In this document: positions 28,043-37,807 of the stretch, one piece after another
Position numbering within the stretch: the first letter of the stretch is position 1
Layout: each line of letters opens with the position of its first letter
NCBI GenBank assembly: GCA_018650645.1
Contig: JABIFP010000020.1
Span: 82,529 to 146,528, forward strand
Length of the DNA stretch: 64,000 nucleotides
Reading direction: 5' to 3'
Source: Candidatus Magasanikiibacteriota bacterium
GTDB lineage: Bacteria > Patescibacteriota > Patescibacteriia > Magasanikbacterales > UBA922
Made by a program: the position numbers and the translations under genes
Notes under the pieces: generated by a model
What the model saw: the letters and a program-made list of their open reading frames with translations, nothing else
Told to the model about the DNA's origin: nothing
Databases searched by the model: none

Positions 28043-28885
28043 ATGTTTGGAGGGATTTCACCTAAAATTGAGGATCTTGTTGTGCAATCGCTCGCTTCTA
28101 AAGGAAGAATGAGTGCTGGCGACATATCTCATCAGCTTACCATCGATGGGTACTCTTGGAGTCCCCAGGCAATCTATAGGGTACTCAGAAAATTAACGGA
28201 AGAAGGAGTCCTTACCAAAGAGCGACGCACCTTTAGTGTCTCAATGACCTGGCTTATGCGCCTTCGGAGTATTACACAGACCTTGGAATCGACGTATTTT
28301 ACTGATGAATACCTCCAAGACTTGTTACCACCACCTGGCAGCAAGCATACCTGGCATTTTCCAGACATTCACCGATTACAAAGTTTTCGGTCGCAAATTC
28401 TACTGGCTTTGGCGCAAATGTCTACATCCTCAACCTGTTTGAGTTTTCAGCCCCATCAATGGGATCTTATCCTCCATCAGGAGCACTTATTTGCCTTTCT
28501 GCAGGCCTTTTACGCAAAAGACCGTACTCATTACGTTTTGACTGGAAATAGAACCTATTTAGACAAATACGCGCAGGCTATTTTACAAGGAGAATACCCA
28601 AACAACTCGTATTACTTGGCTTCAGAAGAAGAATGCATTGATACAAAAGGAAGAGAAGTGCATGTTATTGGCAATTATATTGTAACCATAAAGCTCGATC
28701 AGCGGTTACGAGATCATATTGACACCCTCTATACAAGTACACTTCCACTGCAAGATGTCGATTCGCTCAATATTTTGCCTATCATGAACGCTCGTGGTAG
28801 ACAGACTATTCGAATTGAATATAACGAAAAAAAAGCAGCGCAAATTGCGCGCCGCTTTTATTTACTGTTTGGTCCTCTTAAATAG
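28043..28885 (+). CDS. Hypothetical protein with an N-terminal winged-helix-like DNA-binding region
   Basis: N-terminal ~70 aa resemble PadR/MarR-type wHTH (..AGDISHQLTIDGYSWSPQAIYRVLRKLTEEGVL..); the rest is unrecognised. Confidence 0.35.
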   Translation: MFGGISPKIEDLVVQSLASKGRMSAGDISHQLTIDGYSWSPQAIYRVLRKLTEEGVLTKERRTFSVSMTWLMRLRSITQTLESTYFTDEYLQDLLPPPGSKHTWHFPDIHRLQSFRSQILLALAQMSTSSTCLSFQPHQWDLILHQEHLFAFLQAFYAKDRTHYVLTGNRTYLDKYAQAILQGEYPNNSYYLASEEECIDTKGREVHVIGNYIVTIKLDQRLRDHIDTLYTSTLPLQDVDSLNILPIMNARGRQTIRIEYNEKKAAQIARRFYLLFGPLK

Positions 28886-28887
28886 TG

Positions 28888-30810
28888 TTATAGCAAGATT
28901 GCCTTAATCCTTCTAATCCCTGCACTACTCGCTTCTTCTTTTTTTATTCTGAATGTTCCCATGTCACCAGTTCGAGTTACATGCGGACCACCACAAATTT
29001 CTCTACTAAATGTTGGCTCCTCCGGATTTGCATTTCCAGCATGCGCAGGATCCCCAATGGTATACACTTTTACCACATCATCATACTTATCGGTAAATAA
29101 TCCAATAACCCCATTATCTAACGCCTCTTTGAGTGGCATTTCTTGAAAATCGATTGGATAATCTTTTGCAATTGCGGCATTTACAAGCACTTCTACTTCG
29201 GCCTTTTGCTCTGGTGTCATTTTTTCCGGATGAGAAAAATCGAATCGTAATCTGTCAGGAGTAATATTACTTCCCTTTTGCTCAACATGATCACCCAGTA
29301 CTTTTTTGAGCGCGATATGAAGCAGATGCGTTGCCGTATGATATTTCACACTCATTTCTGATGTGTCTGCCATACCACCCTTAAATTTTTTCTGTGATGC
29401 TTCGCGAGAAAGGTCTTTGTGTTTTTTCACAAGCGCAGCAAACGCCTCCATATCAACAACAATTCCCTTTTCTCTTGCGAGCTCTTCAGTGATTTCAATT
29501 GGGAATCCATAACTTTGATACAGATCAAACGCATCTTCTGTGGTAAGCGCACCGTCAGCAATCATTTCTTCAAACTTTTTGAGTCCTTGCTGTAATGTCT
29601 TTCTAAACTTTTCTTCTTCGGCTGAAGCAACCTTCATCACATGATCTTTTTGCGCGGCAAGATCTGGGTATGCATCAGTATAGGCATCAATGACGCTTCC
29701 TACAACTGTTCCAACAAAGGCTTCTGTCACCCCAAGATCTTGAGCAAATCGTACTGCTCGTCTAAGTAGCCGTCGAGTAAAGTATCCCTGATCTTTATTA
29801 CTTGGTACAGCATTATCACCAATTAAAAATGCTGCAGCGCGCACATGATCCATAACCACACGGAACGCATACGTTTCTTTTTCATTAGCACCGTATGTTT
29901 TTCCACTTACTTGTTCAATGTGATTACGAACGCCATCGAACTGATCAATCATGAAAATATCTGGATTATTGATTGCTGCCGCAGCAATGCGCTCAAGTCC
30001 TCCACCAAAATCAATATTTTTCTTTTCGAGTTCAACAAATCCATCCTCTGTTTTTCTATACGCCATGAACACGTTATTCCCAATTTCCATAAATCGGCCG
30101 CAATCGCAGTTTACATGACACGGTGTATCCTTCCAAACAGACGCTGCATGAATTCCATCACCATCACCAAAATCCCAAAACATTTCTGCATCAGGCCCTC
30201 CGGGTTCTCCTACCGGCATGTTTTGTGGTACGCCAGCTCTACTCCACCAGTTTTTCTTTTCATTGTAGTAAAAAATGCGAGCGCCCTGCATGCCTTTTTC
30301 TTCTGGATTGTCTGCAATCGACGCATCAATTCCCTTTTCTTTAAATAATTTCTGCCACTTTTCTGCTGCTTCCGTATCTTTTGGAATACCAATCTCTTCA
30401 TTTCCAGAAAAACACGTAATATAGAGTTTACTTGGATCAAGACCAATGTCATTCATCAAAAAATCAAATGCCCATTCAATCTGCTGCGCTTTAAAATAAT
30501 CTCCCAAACTCCAGTTTCCTAGCATTTCAAAAAATGTAGTATGTCTGTTGTCTCCCACTTCATCAATATCGCTCCCGCGGAAACATTTCTGACTATCGGT
30601 AATCCGCGTTCCCTGTGGATGCGACTGCCCCAATAAATACGGCACCATTGGCTGCATGCCAGAACCCGTAAACAGTGTTGTTGGGTCATTCTCTGGTAAC
30701 AGTGAAGCAGAATCAATAACTGCATGCGTCTTATTTGCAAAATATGCCAAATAGGCTGTTCGAATATCGTTTGTTTTCATAATTCTCAAATTATACAATG
30801 ACTCCACCAC
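28888..30810 (-). CDS. alaS: Alanine--tRNA ligase, short form (640 aa; catalytic, tRNA-recognition and editing core, no C-terminal C-Ala domain)
   Basis: FTGSGMQPM class-II-region motif near the N-terminus and the editing-site HTATHLLHIALKKVLG. Confidence 0.8.
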   Translation of the reverse strand: MVESLYNLRIMKTNDIRTAYLAYFANKTHAVIDSASLLPENDPTTLFTGSGMQPMVPYLLGQSHPQGTRITDSQKCFRGSDIDEVGDNRHTTFFEMLGNWSLGDYFKAQQIEWAFDFLMNDIGLDPSKLYITCFSGNEEIGIPKDTEAAEKWQKLFKEKGIDASIADNPEEKGMQGARIFYYNEKKNWWSRAGVPQNMPVGEPGGPDAEMFWDFGDGDGIHAASVWKDTPCHVNCDCGRFMEIGNNVFMAYRKTEDGFVELEKKNIDFGGGLERIAAAAINNPDIFMIDQFDGVRNHIEQVSGKTYGANEKETYAFRVVMDHVRAAAFLIGDNAVPSNKDQGYFTRRLLRRAVRFAQDLGVTEAFVGTVVGSVIDAYTDAYPDLAAQKDHVMKVASAEEEKFRKTLQQGLKKFEEMIADGALTTEDAFDLYQSYGFPIEITEELAREKGIVVDMEAFAALVKKHKDLSREASQKKFKGGMADTSEMSVKYHTATHLLHIALKKVLGDHVEQKGSNITPDRLRFDFSHPEKMTPEQKAEVEVLVNAAIAKDYPIDFQEMPLKEALDNGVIGLFTDKYDDVVKVYTIGDPAHAGNANPEEPTFSREICGGPHVTRTGDMGTFRIKKEEASSAGIRRIKAILL

Positions 30811-31879
30811 CTAAACAGATGGCATCTTGGTAGATAACCGCAAACTGTCCGGGGGCAAGTGCACGTTGCTTCTGAGTAGTGGTTATAGAGTACTCTCCAG
30901 AGCTATCTTGGTCAAGAATCGCTTCTTGCAGTTCTTGGCGATGGCGGAATCTGACCATGCATGATAGTGGCATAGCTGGCAGCTGGCCTGAAATGCTATG
31001 CAAAGAATCAATCCGAACTGTCGTTGTATAAAGCAATGGATCTTCACCAAACCCAACAACAAGCTCATTGGTATCAAATCGTTTTTGTAGTACGTAGAGC
31101 GGTTTATTTTCTCCTTTTGGCATACCAGGAAGCCCTCCGCTCGGCACACCAACATTGCGCTGCCCAATCGTATAAAATGCGAGTCCTTCATGAGCGCCAA
31201 GCACTGTTCCATCTGAAAAAACAATATTCCCAGGTGTTTTATCTATTTCTTTTTGCAAAAAATCTTTCATTGGTACTTCTCCTACAAAACAGATGCCCAT
31301 ACTTTCTGGACGCTGCGCCGTTGGCAGAGCAAACTTTTCTGCAAGCGCCCGTACTTCGGGTTTCGTATATTCCCCTAGTGGAAATAACGTGTAATCAAGT
31401 TCTTTTGAAGTCACCTGATGTAAAAAATATGTTTGATCTTTATTATCATCTTTTGCTCTTTGCAGTAGCGCCACTCCAGAAGAACGATCAATAGAAGCAT
31501 AATGCCCTGTGGCCATGCCCTCAAATCCAAGTTCCTTCGCTTTATTAATCCATGCACCAAATTTAATAAATTTGTTACACATCACATCTGGATTCGGCGT
31601 TCTTCCGGCACCGTACTCTTTATATAGGTAACTCATCACCCATTCCTTATACTCTTTTTCAAAGTCGAGTGTCAGGCATTCAATACCTAAATGCGCCGCT
31701 GTTCTAATCGCATCTCTTCTATCTTCTCTCCAAGTACATTGCCCGCTGTCGTTTACACTATCGCTCCACTGTTTCATGTATGCGCCTGTTACATCATACC
31801 CTTGCTCAATTAAAAGCGCAGCGGCAACCGAAGAATCGACGCCGCCAGAAAGACACATTAATATCTTCCCTTTGCTCAT
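30791..31879 (-). CDS. mnmA: tRNA-specific 2-thiouridylase
   Basis: PP-loop CLSGGVDSSVAAALL; ~360 aa. Confidence 0.9.
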   Translation of the reverse strand: MSKGKILMCLSGGVDSSVAAALLIEQGYDVTGAYMKQWSDSVNDSGQCTWREDRRDAIRTAAHLGIECLTLDFEKEYKEWVMSYLYKEYGAGRTPNPDVMCNKFIKFGAWINKAKELGFEGMATGHYASIDRSSGVALLQRAKDDNKDQTYFLHQVTSKELDYTLFPLGEYTKPEVRALAEKFALPTAQRPESMGICFVGEVPMKDFLQKEIDKTPGNIVFSDGTVLGAHEGLAFYTIGQRNVGVPSGGLPGMPKGENKPLYVLQKRFDTNELVVGFGEDPLLYTTTVRIDSLHSISGQLPAMPLSCMVRFRHRQELQEAILDQDSSGEYSITTTQKQRALAPGQFAVIYQDAICLGGGVIV

Positions 31880-32586
31880 GGTAATAGTGTTACAGGAGTT
31901 ATTTGCTTTTCAAGCTCCTCTTTATAATACGCGGTAATTGGTTCAATCAATTTTTCATCATCAAATATTGCTCTGGCACTTTTACTTCTTAGCCAGTACG
32001 CAAATTGATACAGGTATCGAATATTTGTTGTCATAGACATACCCGTTTCCTGACAAAAATAGAGTCCTCTTGCAAGACCGATTTGTCCAAAGGCATCCAA
32101 TTTATCTGCATCGCGAAGTGTAATCGCACTATAATGCGCATCGGCAAAATCATTATAATGATATTTCAGCCCATAGAGTAATTCGAGTTTTTGATCGGTG
32201 TTCAGTGATCCCGCTAATACCGTATCTTCCTGAAACCATTCCTGAAGCATTTCATAAGAAAGTGCGTGATGCCGTTTTTTTTCTGGATTTTTTCCATTAA
32301 ATTCGCGTGCTCGTCCAATATCATGCAAGAGTCCACAAAGAACCGGTAAAAATGGATGTGCTCCATCACCCGTTGAAATTCTGTATGCATTGTTTGCCAC
32401 TCGCGTTGCATGTCCCTGACCATGAGATGGTGCTGGGAACTCCGTAAATAGCATTTCAATACGCTGTTGTACATGTGCCACTACCTCCTGCTCCGAAGCA
32501 GAAAGATCAGGCATCTTTAGAATAGGTGCCGTCGAATTCAAATCCAGCATATACACAAAGTAAAAGTATCCAAGCAACACTAGCAT
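31876..32586 (-). CDS. HD-domain phosphohydrolase
   Basis: H...HD motif (LLHDIGR); 236 aa. Confidence 0.55.
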   Translation of the reverse strand: MLVLLGYFYFVYMLDLNSTAPILKMPDLSASEQEVVAHVQQRIEMLFTEFPAPSHGQGHATRVANNAYRISTGDGAHPFLPVLCGLLHDIGRAREFNGKNPEKKRHHALSYEMLQEWFQEDTVLAGSLNTDQKLELLYGLKYHYNDFADAHYSAITLRDADKLDAFGQIGLARGLYFCQETGMSMTTNIRYLYQFAYWLRSKSARAIFDDEKLIEPITAYYKEELEKQITPVTLLP

Positions 32587-32905
32587 ATCCTATCCAACTT
32601 GAAAAGAGTGTTTGTGTCATGTCTGCAGGAACCATTCCTGTCATTTCAAGTACCCAAGCACCTAATACAGATACAATGAGTATATCGAGTGCTAACCCTA
32701 ATCCTCGGAGCGTTGTTGGTTTTACTGCCTTAAAATACCATTTTGCCAAAATCATGGTAATTGGAATAAGCAGTAGTGCGTTTACAATAAAACCAGCTGT
32801 GGTGAGTGCAAATCCGGCAGAAATTGCATGCTCAATGGCAACAATAACCGCAGCTTTTACAAATACGAGTAGTCCAAATATTAATCCTCTGAGTGTAGTA
32901 TTCAT
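32507..32905 (-). CDS. Small integral membrane protein (4 TM), unknown function
   Basis: Hydrophobic segments only. Confidence 0.4.
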   Translation of the reverse strand: MNTTLRGLIFGLLVFVKAAVIVAIEHAISAGFALTTAGFIVNALLLIPITMILAKWYFKAVKPTTLRGLGLALDILIVSVLGAWVLEMTGMVPADMTQTLFSSWIGYASVAWILLLCVYAGFEFDGTYSKDA

Positions 32906-32908
32906 AGG

Positions 32909-33238
32909 TTACATGCTAAAAACTAATCCAAAAATGAAAATGAGCATAAAGATAAAGAGCCATCCTAACGTTGAAAGCAGCATCACGGTTGCCGCCTTAA
33001 ATTGATGATGAAACAACCTTTTCAGTGGTTCGTAAAAGAGAAGCCAGCCACATACCCCAACAGAAAGTACCCCAAGAAAAATACCAAACGTATAGCGGAT
33101 TAGTACTTCAATCTCGTTGTTATATAGAAATTCTAACTGCCGAGCAAATACTGCCAAAAAAAGTACATACAAAATGATCAGCATCGCATGGAAAAATCCG
33201 TGCCAAAATGGTTGTCTGTAATTCTTTGAAAATAACAT
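32909..33238 (-). CDS. Small integral membrane protein (3-4 TM), unknown function
   Basis: Hydrophobic segments only. Confidence 0.4.
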   Translation of the reverse strand: MLFSKNYRQPFWHGFFHAMLIILYVLFLAVFARQLEFLYNNEIEVLIRYTFGIFLGVLSVGVCGWLLFYEPLKRLFHHQFKAATVMLLSTLGWLFIFMLIFIFGLVFSM

Positions 33239-33243
33239 ATCTT

Positions 33244-35526
33244 TTATTTAAGTGATTGAATTTTTTTCTTAATGTCTTCGTTCTCTGGATTTAATTGTAA
33301 TACTTTTGTATAAAATTCGATTGCCTTTGGCTTATTCCCTATACGTTCCGCAGCAATTCCTAAACTAAACAGTCCGTTTGAATGGTCTGGATGCGTATCC
33401 ACAAGTGCAAGCCACATTTCTATCGCTTTCTGCATTTGATCGCGCTCTCCTGTATTATACAACACTCTGGCATATTGGTATGTAATATCAACATTCCCTG
33501 GCACAAGTGAAGAGGCTTTTTCATATTGTTTTACCGCCAACTGAAACTGCTCTAGCCGTTCATAAATATCTCCGAGTGCCGCGTACGCCGAAACAAATTG
33601 TGGATGCAATTGAATAGCCTTTTCTAGCGTGGCCTTTGCTTCAGCATCTTGTTGCGAATCAATATGAATAAGGGCTTTTCGCCAATAGAGCTGTGCATTT
33701 GTTGGGGCAAGGGCAATGGCGCTATCAAGTTGCTGCAAGGTATGTTCATCAGCACCCGTCGTAAATAATCGAGCATTGCTATACATCGTAGCGAGTGTAT
33801 CCCAAGAAGTATATGAAAGCGGATCAAGTGTTGTTGCACGCTTTGCTTGATCAACAGCATTTGCCATAGCAAACGTAAACTCGTCTGTAATAGTATCTTC
33901 TTTTGAAAGTGCCCTTGCGTATTGCAAATAGGCATCAGCAAGCGACGCTCTATACGGTCCATATGCAGGACGCAGCTGTGTTGCTTTATTCATATGCTCA
34001 ATCATTTGCGGTGCAGACGCAGCATGAAGTCCTGCTGTTGCTTGTGATTCAGCAATAATATGCCGAATACCAAATGCAGCAGAAATTCCAAGCGCAGTAA
34101 CAATAGAAACAAACAAGAAACTGACTAAAAATGAATCCTTCAGCTCAGCCGATACAGAAATTTCTTTTACTTGGTCGAGTCTTTTTGTGTGCATGGCAAA
34201 GGCAACGCACATCATAAACAGAAGCCACCACCAGAGCATCCAAAGTGCAGCTCCCAAAAAGGAAACAAACATACCAATAGTAAGGACAAGCCAAGCAGCT
34301 CCAAGCGCAACAGCATGTAATTGTTCTGGGTGAATCTTGCGCGCGGTTTTAGTAATAACACGCCCTTTCCGTGCATTTATGTCACTAATTCCAGTTACCA
34401 AAACTCCGCTCCCTAAAAGCACCACAAATAATAAGGATAGCGCTCCCACAAAACCAAGTTCAACAAATAGTGCATGCACTGTGCTATATGGCTGCCAAAA
34501 TATTCTATCTGCAAACGCTTCTAATCCATTAAACGCATGTGGTCTATATAATGAAAATGCATATCCAAACGATGCAGGCCCATTTCCAATGAAAAATGTA
34601 GAAACGTCCTTGAGCAGTACTTGCTGCGTAATTTGTGTAGAAACGCCGTTTCCAAGTGTTAGCTCTGCAGGCAAGTCGCCTTTCAACATATTGGGCGTTC
34701 CTGCTACAGCAAAAGCAATAGAAGAAGCAATAAGTAGTACACCAATAGCTCGCACCCACTGCACGACATCGTCATGCTGCCAAGCAGAAAGCACCACAAT
34801 CGATACAGCAAACGCTACGAGTATATATAAGTACGGAAGTGCAATACTCACAACCGCAAGACAGTGCAGGATAAGTGCTACTACAGCAAACATGCGTGCC
34901 CACCAAGAAAGCGTCCTGTGCATGGCAAAGGCAAGTGTAATTGGTATAACAGCAACAATCCATAGTCCGAGTACAGACGCAAACTGTGTCAGTACATTTA
35001 CCGCGCCACTGTGCGCCCAAGGAATATGTGTTGGTGCATACAAAGAAATAACAAAAAATGCACTTACAATACCCGAAATCCCAACCAGAAGTGCAATAAA
35101 CCTATGCAGTACATGGCCGCGCGCGGCATGCTGAGCGCTCATATATCCAAAAGCAATCGCCCCAAAGATACTCGCAAGAGATAATCCAAATACTTCGGGT
35201 TGCCCAAGTATACCGTGAGACAAATTACCTGAAAGCACCCATGCAAGAAGAGCAACTACCAAAAAAATAAGTGCAGCCGCATCAACGGGTGTTCTGCGTA
35301 ATTGAATTTTTTTTACAACTAATACGCGAGCGCCAAATATGAGCGCAGCAAGCATGGCACAAAATACGACAAGCAATACTTTTGGCAACGTATGTGGATC
35401 TCTTAGCCCAGGAATATGAAGTAATATTCCACCAATTAACCCAACACCAAGAATAGCAATAGCACCCGAGCTAAGGGCGCTACTGATTGCTGTTCGTTTT
35501 GGACGAAATAATGATGTGCGCTTCAT
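33244..35526 (-). CDS. Polytopic membrane protein with C-terminal TPR repeats (O-antigen-ligase/Wzy-like architecture possible)
   Basis: About 450 aa of TM helices followed by TPR-like repeats (AYAALGDIY..., ...AIEFYTKVLQLNPEN). Confidence 0.45.
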   Translation of the reverse strand: MKRTSLFRPKRTAISSALSSGAIAILGVGLIGGILLHIPGLRDPHTLPKVLLVVFCAMLAALIFGARVLVVKKIQLRRTPVDAAALIFLVVALLAWVLSGNLSHGILGQPEVFGLSLASIFGAIAFGYMSAQHAARGHVLHRFIALLVGISGIVSAFFVISLYAPTHIPWAHSGAVNVLTQFASVLGLWIVAVIPITLAFAMHRTLSWWARMFAVVALILHCLAVVSIALPYLYILVAFAVSIVVLSAWQHDDVVQWVRAIGVLLIASSIAFAVAGTPNMLKGDLPAELTLGNGVSTQITQQVLLKDVSTFFIGNGPASFGYAFSLYRPHAFNGLEAFADRIFWQPYSTVHALFVELGFVGALSLLFVVLLGSGVLVTGISDINARKGRVITKTARKIHPEQLHAVALGAAWLVLTIGMFVSFLGAALWMLWWWLLFMMCVAFAMHTKRLDQVKEISVSAELKDSFLVSFLFVSIVTALGISAAFGIRHIIAESQATAGLHAASAPQMIEHMNKATQLRPAYGPYRASLADAYLQYARALSKEDTITDEFTFAMANAVDQAKRATTLDPLSYTSWDTLATMYSNARLFTTGADEHTLQQLDSAIALAPTNAQLYWRKALIHIDSQQDAEAKATLEKAIQLHPQFVSAYAALGDIYERLEQFQLAVKQYEKASSLVPGNVDITYQYARVLYNTGERDQMQKAIEMWLALVDTHPDHSNGLFSLGIAAERIGNKPKAIEFYTKVLQLNPENEDIKKKIQSLK

Positions 35527-35535
35527 ATAAGCAAA

Positions 35536-37767
35536 CTACGAATCAAACCGAATCACATTATTTGGAGAAAGTTGTGTTGGACCGTCAGATGTTTTTTCTG
35601 GCGCTACAGCTGGCTGCGCTGCAGGTGTTGCCGCTTGCTCTACCTGTGGAGAGGGCTGTGACATATCACCACTTCCTTCTCCTGTTTTCTTTTTTCTTCT
35701 TCTGCGACGTTTTCTTTTTTTCTTTGGTGGATTGTTTTCATCAATAAAAGGAGAGCTAGCAGAAGGAACAGATGCTTCGGCGGGTGCATGTGCTACTTCC
35801 GCAGTTTCTTGTAAGATTTCTGGCACTACGGGTTTTGCTGCAGGAATTTCTGGTGTAGGTGATTCTTTAGGTACCTCTATTTTTTCTTTAACATCCGCTG
35901 CCGTCGATATTGCAGGCTCATCTTTTACTACCAGTTTTTCCTGGACGACTGGCACTTCCTTCACAACTGGCGGTACCGGCATTTCTTTTACCACAGGTAC
36001 TATAGGTTCTTCTTCCCAAAGTAATGGCTCAGTTGCCTCAAGAACCTCTGGTTTTATCACCACGTGAGCTTCTGGAGCAGGAGTGATTTTCCCGACGTCT
36101 AGTGCACTCGGTTGCTCAGCAGCATCGAAAACCTCTTCTTTAGCGGGAGTAGGTGCTGGTGCTGGTGTAGCAACGGCAGCAATTGGTTCAGGTTTCTTTT
36201 CTGCCACTGGTTTATTTTCAACAGTCGATTTTTTCTCGGTTCTTGGTGTCTCTTCTCTTCTCGGTTTATTTTCTGAAGGTCTATCTGATCGTCTATTATC
36301 AGATGGCTTATCTGATCGTCGTTTTTCTGAAGGTCTATCTGATTGTTTAGTATCAGACGATCTATCTGATCGCTTATTGTCTGACGATCTTTTTCTATCA
36401 TCTTTTTTCTTTTTGTCGATGGGCGGCAATACATCCTCATCTTTTTCATCGCCAAAACCACTCCAACGCATAATTTTCTCTTCGATTTCGGCTCGTTTTC
36501 TTCCGTATCTTTCTCTTGAAACACGAATTACCTTTTCTGCTGAACCTGTTGGAGAACCAATTGGTGGCAATGTCAGTGCACTAAATGGCTGAGAAGCAAC
36601 CCCATCAATCATAAGTTTGAGTAAAATTTGGTATTTTGCCAAATTTACAATATCTTCTTCCATAAAAATAGGCGCATACTCTTTTGCCAACGATTCAGCA
36701 TCTGATGCCCCCACACGGAAAGATATAATAGTTCCAACATTACCAAATACAGCATCAGCAACCACTTCGTCTAACTGCGCAACATATTGATGCGCCATAA
36801 TAAGACCCAAATGATATTTACGCGCCTCAGAAAGAATATTGGCAAATGACGGTGTCGCAAAGTTTTGGAATTCATCTACATACAAGAAAAAATCTCGTCT
36901 ATCTTTTTCTAGCATATCAACACGCTCCATGGCAGAAAGCTGCAACTTGGTAATGAGCATTCCACCCAAAAGCCGCGAGTTATCTTCCCCCATTCGCCCT
37001 TTAGAGAGATTCATGATCAAAATTTTCCCGTCATCCATTGCCTTTCTTACATCAAACGTTGATTTTGGCTGCGCAACCATGTTTCTAATCAGTGATGCAG
37101 ATAAAAATTGCCCAATCTTATTTTGAATAGGAGCAACCGCTTCTGTCGCATATTTTTCTGAATATCCAGCAAACTCAATCTGCCAAAAACTCTTTACAAC
37201 CGGATCATTCGTTCCTTTAATCAATTTTCTTCTATATTTTTTATCTGACAACAATCGATTAATTCCAAGGAGTGTTGTTCCTGGGTTATCTAATAATACT
37301 AGCAGCGTATTATTTAAAATGTATTCCATTCTAGAAGACCATACGTCTGGCCAAATCTTTTTAAATGTTCCCATCATTCCTGCCGCAACAAGATGTTTCT
37401 GCTCTTCATTATATACTTCCAAAATATTAAACCCGATTGGATTTGATAAATCAGCTGGATTCACATAAATCACATCATTCATGCGCCAACTTGGAATGTA
37501 ATCAATAATTTTTTCTGCAAAATCTCCGTGAGGATCAATAAGTCCTACACCATGTCCATTATAAATATCAGAAAGCATCATGTTTTCCATCATGGTACTT
37601 TTTCCCATTCCTGTTTTTCCAATAATGTAACTGTGTCTGCGCCTGTCATCGATTTTAATACCAAACCGTCTCATCTGGTTTCTATAATTGGTTTGCGCAA
37701 ACAAACAGATCTCATTAGGATCTGGTGCAGGGGCTTCGTCTTGCTTCAGTAAATATGGAGCTGGCAT
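35536..37767 (-). CDS. P-loop ATPase of the TraG/VirD4/HerA (DUF87-like) type with a long disordered, repeat-rich, charged/Pro-rich C-terminal tail ending in a poly-basic stretch
   Basis: Walker A IIGKTGMGKST; Walker-B-like FFLYVDEFQ; no TM segment. The tail has RSD/KPSD and PVV/KEV repeats and KKKRKRRRRRKKK. Confidence 0.5.
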   Translation of the reverse strand: MPAPYLLKQDEAPAPDPNEICLFAQTNYRNQMRRFGIKIDDRRRHSYIIGKTGMGKSTMMENMMLSDIYNGHGVGLIDPHGDFAEKIIDYIPSWRMNDVIYVNPADLSNPIGFNILEVYNEEQKHLVAAGMMGTFKKIWPDVWSSRMEYILNNTLLVLLDNPGTTLLGINRLLSDKKYRRKLIKGTNDPVVKSFWQIEFAGYSEKYATEAVAPIQNKIGQFLSASLIRNMVAQPKSTFDVRKAMDDGKILIMNLSKGRMGEDNSRLLGGMLITKLQLSAMERVDMLEKDRRDFFLYVDEFQNFATPSFANILSEARKYHLGLIMAHQYVAQLDEVVADAVFGNVGTIISFRVGASDAESLAKEYAPIFMEEDIVNLAKYQILLKLMIDGVASQPFSALTLPPIGSPTGSAEKVIRVSRERYGRKRAEIEEKIMRWSGFGDEKDEDVLPPIDKKKKDDRKRSSDNKRSDRSSDTKQSDRPSEKRRSDKPSDNRRSDRPSENKPRREETPRTEKKSTVENKPVAEKKPEPIAAVATPAPAPTPAKEEVFDAAEQPSALDVGKITPAPEAHVVIKPEVLEATEPLLWEEEPIVPVVKEMPVPPVVKEVPVVQEKLVVKDEPAISTAADVKEKIEVPKESPTPEIPAAKPVVPEILQETAEVAHAPAEASVPSASSPFIDENNPPKKKRKRRRRRKKKTGEGSGDMSQPSPQVEQAATPAAQPAVAPEKTSDGPTQLSPNNVIRFDS
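36240..36400. repeat. In-frame ~27-nt tandem repeats (GGTCTATCTGATCG...-like units) encoding the R/S/D/K-rich tail repeats of the ATPase
   Basis: At least four consecutive units visible: tctatctgatcgtctattatcagat / ggcttatctgatcgtcgtttttctgaa / ggtctatctgattgtttagtatcagac / gatctatctgatcgcttattgtctgac. Confidence 0.6.
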
Positions 37768-37807
37768 AATTTATTTTTGCTAGTATAGCATACCTAAGTA
37801 TGATCCC

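Noticed and set aside
34337-35134. 265-aa plus-strand ORF antisense to the TPR membrane protein
   Set aside because: Shadow ORF with no start signals; the Cys/Ser-rich composition is non-protein-like.
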